Both the position numbers and the translations under genes were made by a program. Positions 8,884-16,982 of a DNA stretch of 64,000 bases are shown here, piece by piece; the first letter of the stretch is position 1, and each line of letters begins with the position of its first letter. The notes under the pieces were generated by a model. The model saw only the letters and a program-made list of their open reading frames with translations. It had not been told where the DNA came from and did not search any database. The stretch comes from Patescibacteria group bacterium. GTDB taxonomy: Bacteria > Patescibacteriota > Minisyncoccia > UBA6257 > 2-01-FULL-56-20. Where the stretch lies: contig JBBTUL010000012.1 of the NCBI GenBank assembly GCA_038063755.1, positions 64,572 to 128,571 on the forward strand. Direction: 5' to 3'.

Positions 8884-9309
8884 GTGAACATCGAACAGCT
8901 CATCATCACTTCTTCGATTTTCGTTCCTGCGTTTCTTGGGCACTGTATTGGGGACTACCTTCTACAGTCAAAATGGATGGCGCTTACAAAGACGTCTCGA
9001 GGTGCGACCGGCATGATTGCCTGCACTATTCATGTTCTTCTGTATGCGACCGCTGTTTGCGCGATGATCCAAGTCTTTGACTGGCGTGTATGGCTTGCTG
9101 TCGCGATCCCGCACTGGATCATTGACAGATTTTCCATCGCCGATAAATGGCTCCGAATTATCCGCGGAAGAACCCCCGAAGGCGCGGCACGGCTTGGAGA
9201 CCTGCATCGAGAATTTCACATTGCATTCTGGGCACTTGTTTACACCGCGGTTGACAACATGCTTCACCTGCTTTGTCTTTGGTTTACGACTCTTATCATG
9301 TTTACATAA
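8884..9309 (+). CDS. DUF3307-like membrane protein
   Basis: GHCIGDYLLQSKWMA...HVLLY...HWIID...VDNMLH motifs; AAGGAGG SD. Confidence 0.8.
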   Translation: MNIEQLIITSSIFVPAFLGHCIGDYLLQSKWMALTKTSRGATGMIACTIHVLLYATAVCAMIQVFDWRVWLAVAIPHWIIDRFSIADKWLRIIRGRTPEGAARLGDLHREFHIAFWALVYTAVDNMLHLLCLWFTTLIMFT

Positions 9310-9315
9310 AAAAAC

Positions 9316-9339
9316 GACGACCCTTTTGGTCGTCTTTTT
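9316..9339. terminator. Bidirectional intrinsic terminator between convergent genes
   Basis: GACGACC-CTTTT-GGTCGTC flanked by A and T runs. Confidence 0.7.
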
Positions 9340-9353
9340 AATTTAACAATAGA

Positions 9354-9629
9354 TTAGCTGGGCAGGCGGTATTTTTCCTTTCTCACCCACCTCCCATCGA
9401 TCTGTTCGTAGAGCTCAAAGAGCGTAGAAAGGGCCTGATTTACTGCTTCCGGAGTCTCCTGATTGCGCCAACCGAAGAGGCCACCTCCAAGGAGATGCGA
9501 CGCGATTGCGCAAAACTGGTCTATTGAGAATTCGTATTCTCCAATACGCACACCGCTTGTTCCGAAAAACCCCCAGGTAAAGCCGGCTTCGGCTATTTCG
9601 CCTTTTTTCGTTGTTGCAAAAAGAGTCAT
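9354..9629 (-). CDS. Hypothetical protein (91 aa)
   Basis: Own promoter TTGACG-17-TACCCT and GGAG upstream. Confidence 0.65.
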   Translation of the reverse strand: MTLFATTKKGEIAEAGFTWGFFGTSGVRIGEYEFSIDQFCAIASHLLGGGLFGWRNQETPEAVNQALSTLFELYEQIDGRWVRKEKYRLPS

Positions 9630-9684
9630 TCTTTTACTCCGCTCAAATCTTCTCCGTAGAGGGTAGCATTGCGGGATTCTCGCG

Positions 9685-9990
9685 TCAACGACATATTGCC
9701 TTGCGGGTGTTCATTTTTTTTGATTGGTTATGATCTTTAAGCGCGGCAAGAGTATAGATTCCATTTGACCAGAGAACGCCCTGAAGGAACCCGAGCCACC
9801 GAAACACCTTTTCCAGCTTTCCCTGACGAACGAATTCCACCATCTGATCCAGCATGCCATAGCAGTGTTCAAGCGCGCGAGTCGGATTATCCACGATTCT
9901 GTCGTGGCTGTAATCTATCGCCTTGATGCCTGTAGCAAAAAAATAATCCCGATACTTCTCAATAACATTAAGGATTTGTTCCGGCTTCAT
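9685..9990 (-). CDS. Hypothetical protein with RWLGFLQGVLW motif
   Basis: ATG 9990 preceded by AAAGGA (track start 10074). Confidence 0.65.
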   Translation of the reverse strand: MKPEQILNVIEKYRDYFFATGIKAIDYSHDRIVDNPTRALEHCYGMLDQMVEFVRQGKLEKVFRWLGFLQGVLWSNGIYTLAALKDHNQSKKMNTRKAICR

Positions 9991-10269
9991 GTTTTTTCCT
10001 TTTGATAAGTACTGAAGGTAGAGTAACGGACGAACAAAAAAATACAATACTTCTCGAATGGTCTTTCTGCGCAAAAAAACCAGCGGGATTGCTGGTTTTC
10101 GGATAGAGACTATCGGCTAGGAACTACAGACGAATTCACGCACATATTGAGGCGCACAATCAAGAAGCACTTTTTTGAATCGATCCACCCTGTTTTCCCC
10201 GCCGCTAGCAGCGAGAAAAAATCTAGAACCTGCTGAAATGAAGAGGGAATTCAGATATAATTACAACCA

Positions 10270-12954
10270 ATGACACAATCATGGTATTCCTTTTCACTAG
10301 AGGAAACATTCAACAAGCTAGGAAGTTCCGATCGGGGCCTCTCTTTTGATTTAACGAAAGAACGACTCAAACAATACGGCGCAAACAGCCTCCCCGAGGA
10401 AAAGCCGCGCTCAAAACTACGGCTCTTTTTAGGCCAGTTCCAAAGTCCACTTATCTATATTCTTCTTGCCGCAAGTGCGGTCGTTTTCGCTTTGGGAGAA
10501 ACTGTTGATGGCTCAATCATTCTTGCCGTTCTTCTCTTCAACGCCATTGTCGGTGTCATTCAGGAAGGCAAGGCTCAAAACACGCTCCTTGCTCTGAAAA
10601 AATTTGTAGAGACAAACGCGACAGTTCTTCGTGACGGCAAAGAATACATTATTCCCGATCACGAGGTGGTCCCGGGTGATATTGTCCTTCTCCAGGAAGG
10701 AGAGCGTATCCCTGCCGATGCTCGGGTTGTTGCATCTCAAAGCCTAAGGGTAGACGAAGCATCTCTTACCGGAGAATCCGAGCCAATATACAAAAGCGTT
10801 GAAGCGCTAGAGCGTAATGATCTACCCACAGCGGAACAAAAGAATATGGTCTTCAAGGGTACTCATATAGTTGCCGGACATGGCCGAGCGGTTGTTGTTG
10901 CTACTGGTCTCTCCACGGTCATTGGCGGGATTGCAAAACAAATTTCATCCATAGACACGGAGATTCCGCTCAAGGCAAACATCAGGTATCTCTCAAGAGC
11001 AATTATCGCCACGGTGGCAACAATCAGCACGGTGCTATTTATTGTTGGTGTTTTTATGGGCCATACCGCCAAGGAAATGTTTACGACCGTCGTTTCGCTT
11101 TCCGTTTCAATCATTCCCGAAGGTCTTCCTATCGTGATGACGCTGGTCCTTGCCACAGGAGTTTGGCGAATGTCAAAACGGAACGCACTTGTTAAAAAAC
11201 TCCAGGCAGTTGAAGCTTTGGGGCAAGCGCGGGTCATCGCGGTAGACAAAACAGGAACCATTACCAAAAATGAACTTGTTGTCCGCAAAGTATGGACCGC
11301 CGACAGGTTGTTTGAGATTGGTGGTGTTGGCTATGAGCCTAAAGGGGACATTAAGCTTGGGGGAAATGCTGTTGACGCGGCAAATCAAGATGATCTCCTG
11401 TATCTTGGAAAAGCAGCTGCTTTTGTTGCGACCGCACGGCTCTCGTACGCGGAAGAAACAAAAGAATGGAGAATTTCTGGAGACCCGACTGAGGCCGCTA
11501 TGCTCGTTTTTGCCGAGAAGGCAGGTTTTAATAAGGAAGATCTTCTACGGGAATCCCCCCTGTTATCGGAAATTCCTTTTGACTATAAGTTAAAATATCA
11601 CGCCACCGTTCATCAGGTTGGCGAGAAGTCACTTTTAACCGTTGCCGGAGCGCCAGAAATAGTACTTGCTCTTTGTGGCGATATCGGGCGCGGAGGTAAG
11701 AATCATTCTCTTTCGAAAAGGGAAAAAGAAGAGCTTGAAGCGACATTTGCGCGCATGTCCGAAGAAGGCCTTCGGGTCATAGCGGTTGCGGTTCGTCATG
11801 ATGCTCCAAAACAACTGAACACAGACTCCATCAACTCGCTTTCTTTCGTTGGTTTCTTTGGTATGCAGGATACGCTTCGACCAGAAGTGAGGAAAGCAAT
11901 AAGTCGCGCGAAAGAAGCTGGCATCAGAGTGGTCATGATTACTGGCGATCACAAGATAACCGCTCGGGCTATTGCCAAGGAAGCCGGAATATACCAAGAG
12001 GGGGATACGGTTTTGACCGGAGATGAGATTGAATCAATGCATGACGCCCAGCTTGCCGATAAGCTTGCGGGAACGACCGTATTTGCAAGAGTGACACCGG
12101 AGCACAAGATGCAAATCATCAATGCCTACAAAAGACGAGGCGAGATCGTAGCCATGACCGGAGACGGAGTTAACGATGCACCGTCGCTAGTCGCTGCTGA
12201 CCTTGGGGTATCCATGGGGAAAATCGGTACCGAGGTGGCGAAAGAAGCTTCGGATATCATTTTACTTGACGATAACTTCGGGAGTATTGTTTCGGCGATC
12301 GAGGAGGGAAGGAGTATTTACAAAACAATTAAAAAGGTCATTCTCTATCTTTTCTCGACCAGCACCGGAGAAGTGCTCGTGATTTCGGGCGCACTATTTC
12401 TTGGGTATCCATTGCCAATTCTCGCGGCACAAATTATCTGGCTCAACTTTGTAACAGACGGATTTCTTGATGTAGCTTTGGCTATGGAGCCCAAAGAGAA
12501 AGGACTGCTGGCAGGCACGTTTGAGCATCCCAGAAAATACCTCGTTGATTCGTTGATGCTCCAAAGAATGGCTGTCATGGCGATACCGATGATGTTTGGA
12601 ACCCTCTTTCTCTTTAACCAATACTTTGACACCGACATTGCAAAGGCATGGACAATTTCACTCACCACACTCGCAGTCTTTCAATGGTTCAACGCTTGGA
12701 ACTGTCGCTCTGAGAATAGATCAATCTTCGGTATGGAGTGGTTTTCAAATAAATATCTTGTTGGGGCAACTCTGGTGGTCGTCGCACTTCAGATGGCAGC
12801 GTTATACACCCCGATCATGCAAACGATTCTTCGCACCACGCCGCTTACGCCCTCCGAGTGGCTCATGATCATACCCGTTGCAGCTTCGATAATCGTTGTT
12901 GAAGAAGTCAGGAAGTTTTTCTATCGTAGGAGGTCCCGGCTCTTAAATACCTAA
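10270..12954 (+). CDS. P-type ATPase, type IIA (Ca2+/cation transporting)
   Basis: LTGES, IPEGLP, DKTGT, GDPTE, MITGD, TGDGVND motifs; 894 aa. Confidence 0.96.
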   Translation: MTQSWYSFSLEETFNKLGSSDRGLSFDLTKERLKQYGANSLPEEKPRSKLRLFLGQFQSPLIYILLAASAVVFALGETVDGSIILAVLLFNAIVGVIQEGKAQNTLLALKKFVETNATVLRDGKEYIIPDHEVVPGDIVLLQEGERIPADARVVASQSLRVDEASLTGESEPIYKSVEALERNDLPTAEQKNMVFKGTHIVAGHGRAVVVATGLSTVIGGIAKQISSIDTEIPLKANIRYLSRAIIATVATISTVLFIVGVFMGHTAKEMFTTVVSLSVSIIPEGLPIVMTLVLATGVWRMSKRNALVKKLQAVEALGQARVIAVDKTGTITKNELVVRKVWTADRLFEIGGVGYEPKGDIKLGGNAVDAANQDDLLYLGKAAAFVATARLSYAEETKEWRISGDPTEAAMLVFAEKAGFNKEDLLRESPLLSEIPFDYKLKYHATVHQVGEKSLLTVAGAPEIVLALCGDIGRGGKNHSLSKREKEELEATFARMSEEGLRVIAVAVRHDAPKQLNTDSINSLSFVGFFGMQDTLRPEVRKAISRAKEAGIRVVMITGDHKITARAIAKEAGIYQEGDTVLTGDEIESMHDAQLADKLAGTTVFARVTPEHKMQIINAYKRRGEIVAMTGDGVNDAPSLVAADLGVSMGKIGTEVAKEASDIILLDDNFGSIVSAIEEGRSIYKTIKKVILYLFSTSTGEVLVISGALFLGYPLPILAAQIIWLNFVTDGFLDVALAMEPKEKGLLAGTFEHPRKYLVDSLMLQRMAVMAIPMMFGTLFLFNQYFDTDIAKAWTISLTTLAVFQWFNAWNCRSENRSIFGMEWFSNKYLVGATLVVVALQMAALYTPIMQTILRTTPLTPSEWLMIIPVAASIIVVEEVRKFFYRRRSRLLNT

Positions 12955-13052
12955 GCGTTTTTTGTTTCGGGCTGCGCGTGGTTAAACAAACGACTGGGTA
13001 AATAAAAATACCCCCATGAGGTTGGGGGCCTTGCGTTGAAGCAACGAATAAT

Positions 13053-13298
13053 CTATCGCGCTTGGCTTTCGGCCAAGAAGCGATTGCTGTGAATCTCGAT
13101 GAGCATTACCCACAGCGCGTGGATTGCGTCGGCATCGTTGTCCTTTGGCAGGATCGAAGCCACATGATGGTACCACGAGCGCTTACGAATGCTTCCCATG
13201 TCGCCATCACCCAAGCAATCAACGAGCTCGGCAAGTTCGTCTACGGTCAGACTACTAACGGCTTCCTGAATGGATGGTGCGGCTAGCGCTGTTTTCAC
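13053..13298 (-). CDS. Hypothetical protein (81 aa)
   Basis: TTGACG-17-CATTAT promoter, AAGGAG SD, downstream hairpin near 13011-13029. Confidence 0.6.
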   Translation of the reverse strand: MKTALAAPSIQEAVSSLTVDELAELVDCLGDGDMGSIRKRSWYHHVASILPKDNDADAIHALWVMLIEIHSNRFLAESQAR

Positions 13299-13394
13299 AA
13301 CGAGCTCCTTTATGACCAGAAACTAGACATATAATGCCCGACAACGCTTGTTGCGTCAAACTCGAGTGATAATGCGCACGCACATATGGCAGGT

Positions 13395-13541
13395 TTTTTC
13401 TCTCGCGTGGTTTACCACGAGTGAGTCCCGCTAAAGCGGGACGAAAATATGCCCCTCGAATTCCTCGGGGCACTCGATTCGTAATGTGGTTTACCACGAG
13501 TGAGTCCCGCTAAGGCGGGACGAATCGAGTGGAGATGGAGG
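13395..13541. repeat. 147-bp direct repeat copy A (two 39-bp palindromic units plus tmRNA 3'-terminal 12 nt)
   Basis: 142/147 identical to 15925-16071; units at 13407-13445 and 13486-13524. Confidence 0.95.
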
Positions 13542-13563
13542 CATGGCCGCTCGGTAACCCTCG
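13530..13563 (-). repeat. tmRNA 3'-end fragment with T-loop replaced by a 14-nt insert
   Basis: TGGAGATGGAGG-CATGGCCGCTCGGT-AACCCTCG versus TGGAGATGGAGG-GAATCG-AACCCTCG in ssrA. Confidence 0.85.
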
Positions 13564-13677
13564 CTATGCACTTCCTATATATCCGTCGCCCTTGGCGACT
13601 TTAGTTTCGGAGGTCGGGACCCGAACCAAGGTTCGCCCTCGTCGGCCCCGCCTCTGGCGGGGCACGTGTTTCGTAAT

Positions 13678-13708
13678 ACAAAACCTCCTGACGAGCAGGA
13701 GGTTTTGT
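13678..13708. terminator. Strong hairpin/terminator
   Basis: ACAAAACCTCCTG-ACGAG-CAGGAGGTTTTGT perfect inverted repeat. Confidence 0.7.
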
Positions 13709-13892
13709 TAACTACAACAGCGCGGAGTGTCTCCGGACAACTGGCGAACTCTGATAGATAGGATTTTTATGTTTATGCAAAAATAAAAGAGCCATCACGG
13801 GTGGTAGGCAACGACCCTCTCGTTTTCTACCCGTGACGGCTGATTGTTTATCTGAGTACCGAAACCACTATATGTCCAGGGTCATATTTTAC

Positions 13893-14141
13893 TCAGGGAA
13901 CTCCCAGGCGTGGGTCGTCTCGGTGAGTGAAAGTCGGGACGTAGCTAATTATTGGTGGGCGACCAACCACGTTGGCTCGGATGTGGATAGTGACGGCATT
14001 GTCGTCCGCCGAGCAAACAATGTCTGCGACCGCATCCTCGCGGTCCCACCCATGCACCACAAGCGCGATCTTGTGTGCGGCGCTCACGGCCTTCGCGAGC
14101 TTGTTGGGTGATGCGGTGATTCGCAACGACTGGATTCTCAT
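13893..14141 (-). CDS. Hypothetical protein (about 82 aa)
   Basis: AAGGAG-TTTGTG-ATG start (track start 14204); long hairpin downstream at about 13789-13841. Confidence 0.55.
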   Translation of the reverse strand: MRIQSLRITASPNKLAKAVSAAHKIALVVHGWDREDAVADIVCSADDNAVTIHIRANVVGRPPIISYVPTFTHRDDPRLGVP

Positions 14142-14517
14142 CACAAACTCCTTTTCAAGGTGCAGAAGGAGTCCCGGTATTGGGACCCTCCCTTGAATGG
14201 TCATGCACTCAAGGGAACGTCCAATACCAAAAAACCCGCCGGAAAGGCGGATTTCTTGGTATTTACTTACTTGCTGTTAAACCAAATTATCCCGCCTTCC
14301 GATATGCCGGGCGCGGGGACGGGGAAACGATGTTGGAATGGATGTGAATCATTACTAGGTGACTATAGCCTTTGTCATAGTAAATGTCAAGAAAATATGC
14401 GCGAAAGTTCGCTCTTCCGTCCAAAAGAGAAGAGCTTTAATTGGGAATTGGATCGACGAGCGGGATAGCGGAGCGGCTTGGCGAGGGCATTCTGTGCGCG
14501 ATATACTTAACTTATAT

Positions 14518-15402
14518 ATGAGAGAAGTGTTAAAAAATCACCTAGGTTCCGCGGTGGTCGTTTCTCTTGTGGTCGTTGGCCTTCTCGGACTTTTCATATC
14601 CATCTCTTTGCTGAGAGATCGGATAGGCGCAGGAACAGATGGCGAGGGCATCAAGGACTGGAAGACATATAAGAGCGAGGAGTATGGGTACCAATTTCAA
14701 TATCCAGCGGACTGGTTTTTTGAAGATGACGAGATGGGGGGCAACGTGAGTATTAGAAATTATGCCGAAGAAAAAGACAAGGACAACAAAGAATCAGTCA
14801 TTCTCAATCTACAAGCTCACACCAAACCTTTTTACACAGACCTTTTTTCGCTTGCAGAGCAGGATCTTGATTCGCCGAGCGAGCTCGATGGATCTCTGGT
14901 TGGTGGCGTGCCAACAAGAAAAGAGATCCGCGGGCTTCCGGTTGTGATGACCGAACGGTCCGTTGTATTTTGGGGAGAAGGACCTGGTTATTACATTGAA
15001 AAAGACACGGAACACTTTATTTATGCAATAATCTCTAAAAAAGAGTACCCGGAGGTGGTTGATCAAATTATTTCAACAATCAAGTTTTCAAGCTCTGTTC
15101 AAAACCCCGATCCCGTAAAAAGTTTTCTTTCGGCGGCACCAATAGGATATCAGTGGACCGCGACTCTCGACTGGGACAACTCCGTTGTTTCAAAATGTCT
15201 CGTTAGGGAAAACGAAGAGGAGATAAGCGATGGGACATATGAGCAGATGAGGGCCGTAAGTCCACCGGTGGGATATCGATGGACAACGACGCAAAAGATT
15301 TTTCCTTCTGGCGAAAATGTAAACGTCGGTCTGTGCCTTTTGAGAATAGCTTGTCCAGATGGGAAAGTTCCGAACAGCAAGTCGTGCATAGTGCCAAGGT
15401 AG
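14518..15402 (+). CDS. Membrane-anchored PsbP-like protein with Cys-containing C-terminal repeat
   Basis: N-terminal TM, WKTYKSEEYGYQFQYPADW and DQIISTIKF motifs; ATG 14518 follows TATACT. Confidence 0.7.
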   Translation: MREVLKNHLGSAVVVSLVVVGLLGLFISISLLRDRIGAGTDGEGIKDWKTYKSEEYGYQFQYPADWFFEDDEMGGNVSIRNYAEEKDKDNKESVILNLQAHTKPFYTDLFSLAEQDLDSPSELDGSLVGGVPTRKEIRGLPVVMTERSVVFWGEGPGYYIEKDTEHFIYAIISKKEYPEVVDQIISTIKFSSSVQNPDPVKSFLSAAPIGYQWTATLDWDNSVVSKCLVRENEEEISDGTYEQMRAVSPPVGYRWTTTQKIFPSGENVNVGLCLLRIACPDGKVPNSKSCIVPR

Positions 15403-15474
15403 TTCTCGGGCCTCCGGCGCTGGCACCGCTGTGAGCAGCGAAGCCCCGAGGCAATTTCTTTAACAAATTCGGAA

Positions 15475-15502
15475 TGGTGGAGATGGAGGCATGGCCGCTC
15501 GG
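15475..15502 (-). repeat. tmRNA 3'-end fragment ending in CCACCA, with the same CATGGCCGCTCGG insert
   Basis: 26 bp (15477-15502) identical to 13529-13554. Confidence 0.88.
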
Positions 15503-15526
15503 CGGGCAGAGGCGGATCGCCGCACC

Positions 15527-15793
15527 CTATAGCTTTGTTGACAAATCCTTTTTATATCTTTCGATCAAGACCTCCTTTTTGTCCCTGCGCCACTTTTTGA
15601 TCTGAATTTCCCTTCGGCGTGCTTCGACTAATGTGGGGTATTTTTCCTGAAACACCACGCTGAACTTTGCTTTACCCTTTGTGAATTGAGCGCCTTGATG
15701 CGCGTTATGGTAGTAAATACGGGTATGCGGATTGGCCGTGACACCAACATACAATTTCCCGAAGTCGTTTTTGATCATGTAAACGTAGTACAT
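15527..15793 (-). CDS. Small stand-alone GIY-YIG nuclease (UPF0213/YhbQ-like)
   Basis: YYVYMI...LYVGVT...R...HN...GAQFTK...ARRREIQIKKW. Confidence 0.92.
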   Translation of the reverse strand: MYYVYMIKNDFGKLYVGVTANPHTRIYYHNAHQGAQFTKGKAKFSVVFQEKYPTLVEARRREIQIKKWRRDKKEVLIERYKKDLSTKL

Positions 15794-15924
15794 GCAACAA
15801 GCTTAGCGCGAGGGCGTAAAAAATTTCTAAAACCAACCTGCCCATTCGACTTATCGCCTGCAGTGAGCGCAGGCGAACCGCTCAGGGCACTCGACTCAAA
15901 AGAAAACGCCAAAATGGCGTTTTC

Positions 15925-16071
15925 TTTTTCTCTCGCGTGGTTTACCACGAGCGAGTTTCGCTAAGGCGGGACGAAAACATGCCCCTCGAATTCCTCGGGG
16001 CACTCGATTCGTAATGTGGTTTACCACGAGTGAGTCCCGCTAAGGCGGGACGAATCGAGTGGAGATGGAGG
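15925..16071. repeat. 147-bp direct repeat copy B, abutting and overlapping the tmRNA 3' end
   Basis: Matches 13395-13541 at offset 2530; units at 15937-15975 and 16016-16054. Confidence 0.95.
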
Positions 16072-16412
16072 GAATCGAACCCTCGTCTAAAGGTGGGATC
16101 AGTGAATCGTCTACGAGCGTAGATTAGCCGAAGCTAAACGGATTGCCTCGCGTGTTTTACTCCGGTGCGGCAAGGCGGTACATCCGGAGCGAGCCTCCTT
16201 ATATGAGACCGGTTATGAATCGAAGAGGCGCCGATTCGCCGATCCTCTCGCTTCCAGCGGATTGCCAGAAGGGGAGAGTTCTCAAGCTTACGCAAAAGCG
16301 AAAGCCGGAGCTGCAACGCGTTGGTTGGCAGTTATCGTTTTTTGTCGGTTTTACAAGACAACGCTTGGCTCGCAAATCCATGAACCATCTCTATCGAAGC
16401 CAGTGCATCCCC
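16060..16412 (-). ncRNA. ssrA: tmRNA; tag reading frame ANQRVAAPAFAFA* at 16329-16288
   Basis: 5' GGGGATG...GGCTTCGA, 3' GACGAGGGTTCGATTCCCTCCATCTCCA (Ala-type acceptor with G3.U), ATAACT-GCC resume context, adjacent to smpB. Confidence 0.95.
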
Positions 16413-16421
16413 AAAGATGGA

Positions 16422-16859
16422 TTATAGTCTTCTCGCTATGTCGCGCTCTATCGCGCGCTTTTTTAAAAGATCTCGCTTGTCCTTCTGCTTTCGCGAGCGT
16501 CCGAGTCCTAGCTCGAGCTTTATGAGTCCTCGCTTCGGATATGCTTTGAGGGGAACGAGGGTCAGGCCTTTTTCCTCGAGGCGTCCCGAGAGCATCTTGA
16601 TTTCTTTTTTCTGGATCAAGAGCTTCCGCGTGCGGGTGGAGTCATATCCCTCCGGTGCGTTTTTCGGTTGATACGCCGGAATCTTGGCGTTTGTAAGCCA
16701 GAGCTCTCCCGCGCGGATCAAGCAGTAGCTCCCTGGGAGCTCCATACGACCCTCCTTCACGCTCTTTACCTCGTACCCGTAGAGTTCAATGCCCGCTTCG
16801 AGCGTCTCAAGCATATCATAGTCAAATCTCGCCCGACGATTTTCCGCAAATGGAGCCAT
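16422..16859 (-). CDS. smpB: SsrA-binding protein
   Basis: NRRARFDY...EAGIELYGYEVKS...RTRKLL...DKRDLLK. Confidence 0.97.
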   Translation of the reverse strand: MAPFAENRRARFDYDMLETLEAGIELYGYEVKSVKEGRMELPGSYCLIRAGELWLTNAKIPAYQPKNAPEGYDSTRTRKLLIQKKEIKMLSGRLEEKGLTLVPLKAYPKRGLIKLELGLGRSRKQKDKRDLLKKRAIERDIARRL

Positions 16860-16982
16860 GCTTTCATCTTATCGGTATACGAGAGGTTTGTCAGCACGCT
16901 CGATACGCGATATTGTAAAGGAAAAGCAAGCCACACTGGACCCATTATACCATACTCAAGTAATATTGTCCATATTCAGCCA

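Noticed and set aside
13418-13446. Hammerhead ribozyme (TGAGTCCC...GGGACGAAA)
   Set aside because: The required CUGANGA core reads CGAGTGA, and stems I and III are not evident.
13407-13524. Mini-CRISPR (39-bp repeats with a 40-bp spacer, seen twice)
   Set aside because: Only two units per locus, the 'spacer' is nearly identical in both loci and is itself palindromic, and no cas genes are present.
13542-13645. Additional tRNA gene (GAGGGTTACCGAGCGGCCA resembles a D-arm, GGTTCGGGTCCC a T-arm)
   Set aside because: No anticodon arm and the parts are in the wrong order; better explained as tmRNA-derived fragments.
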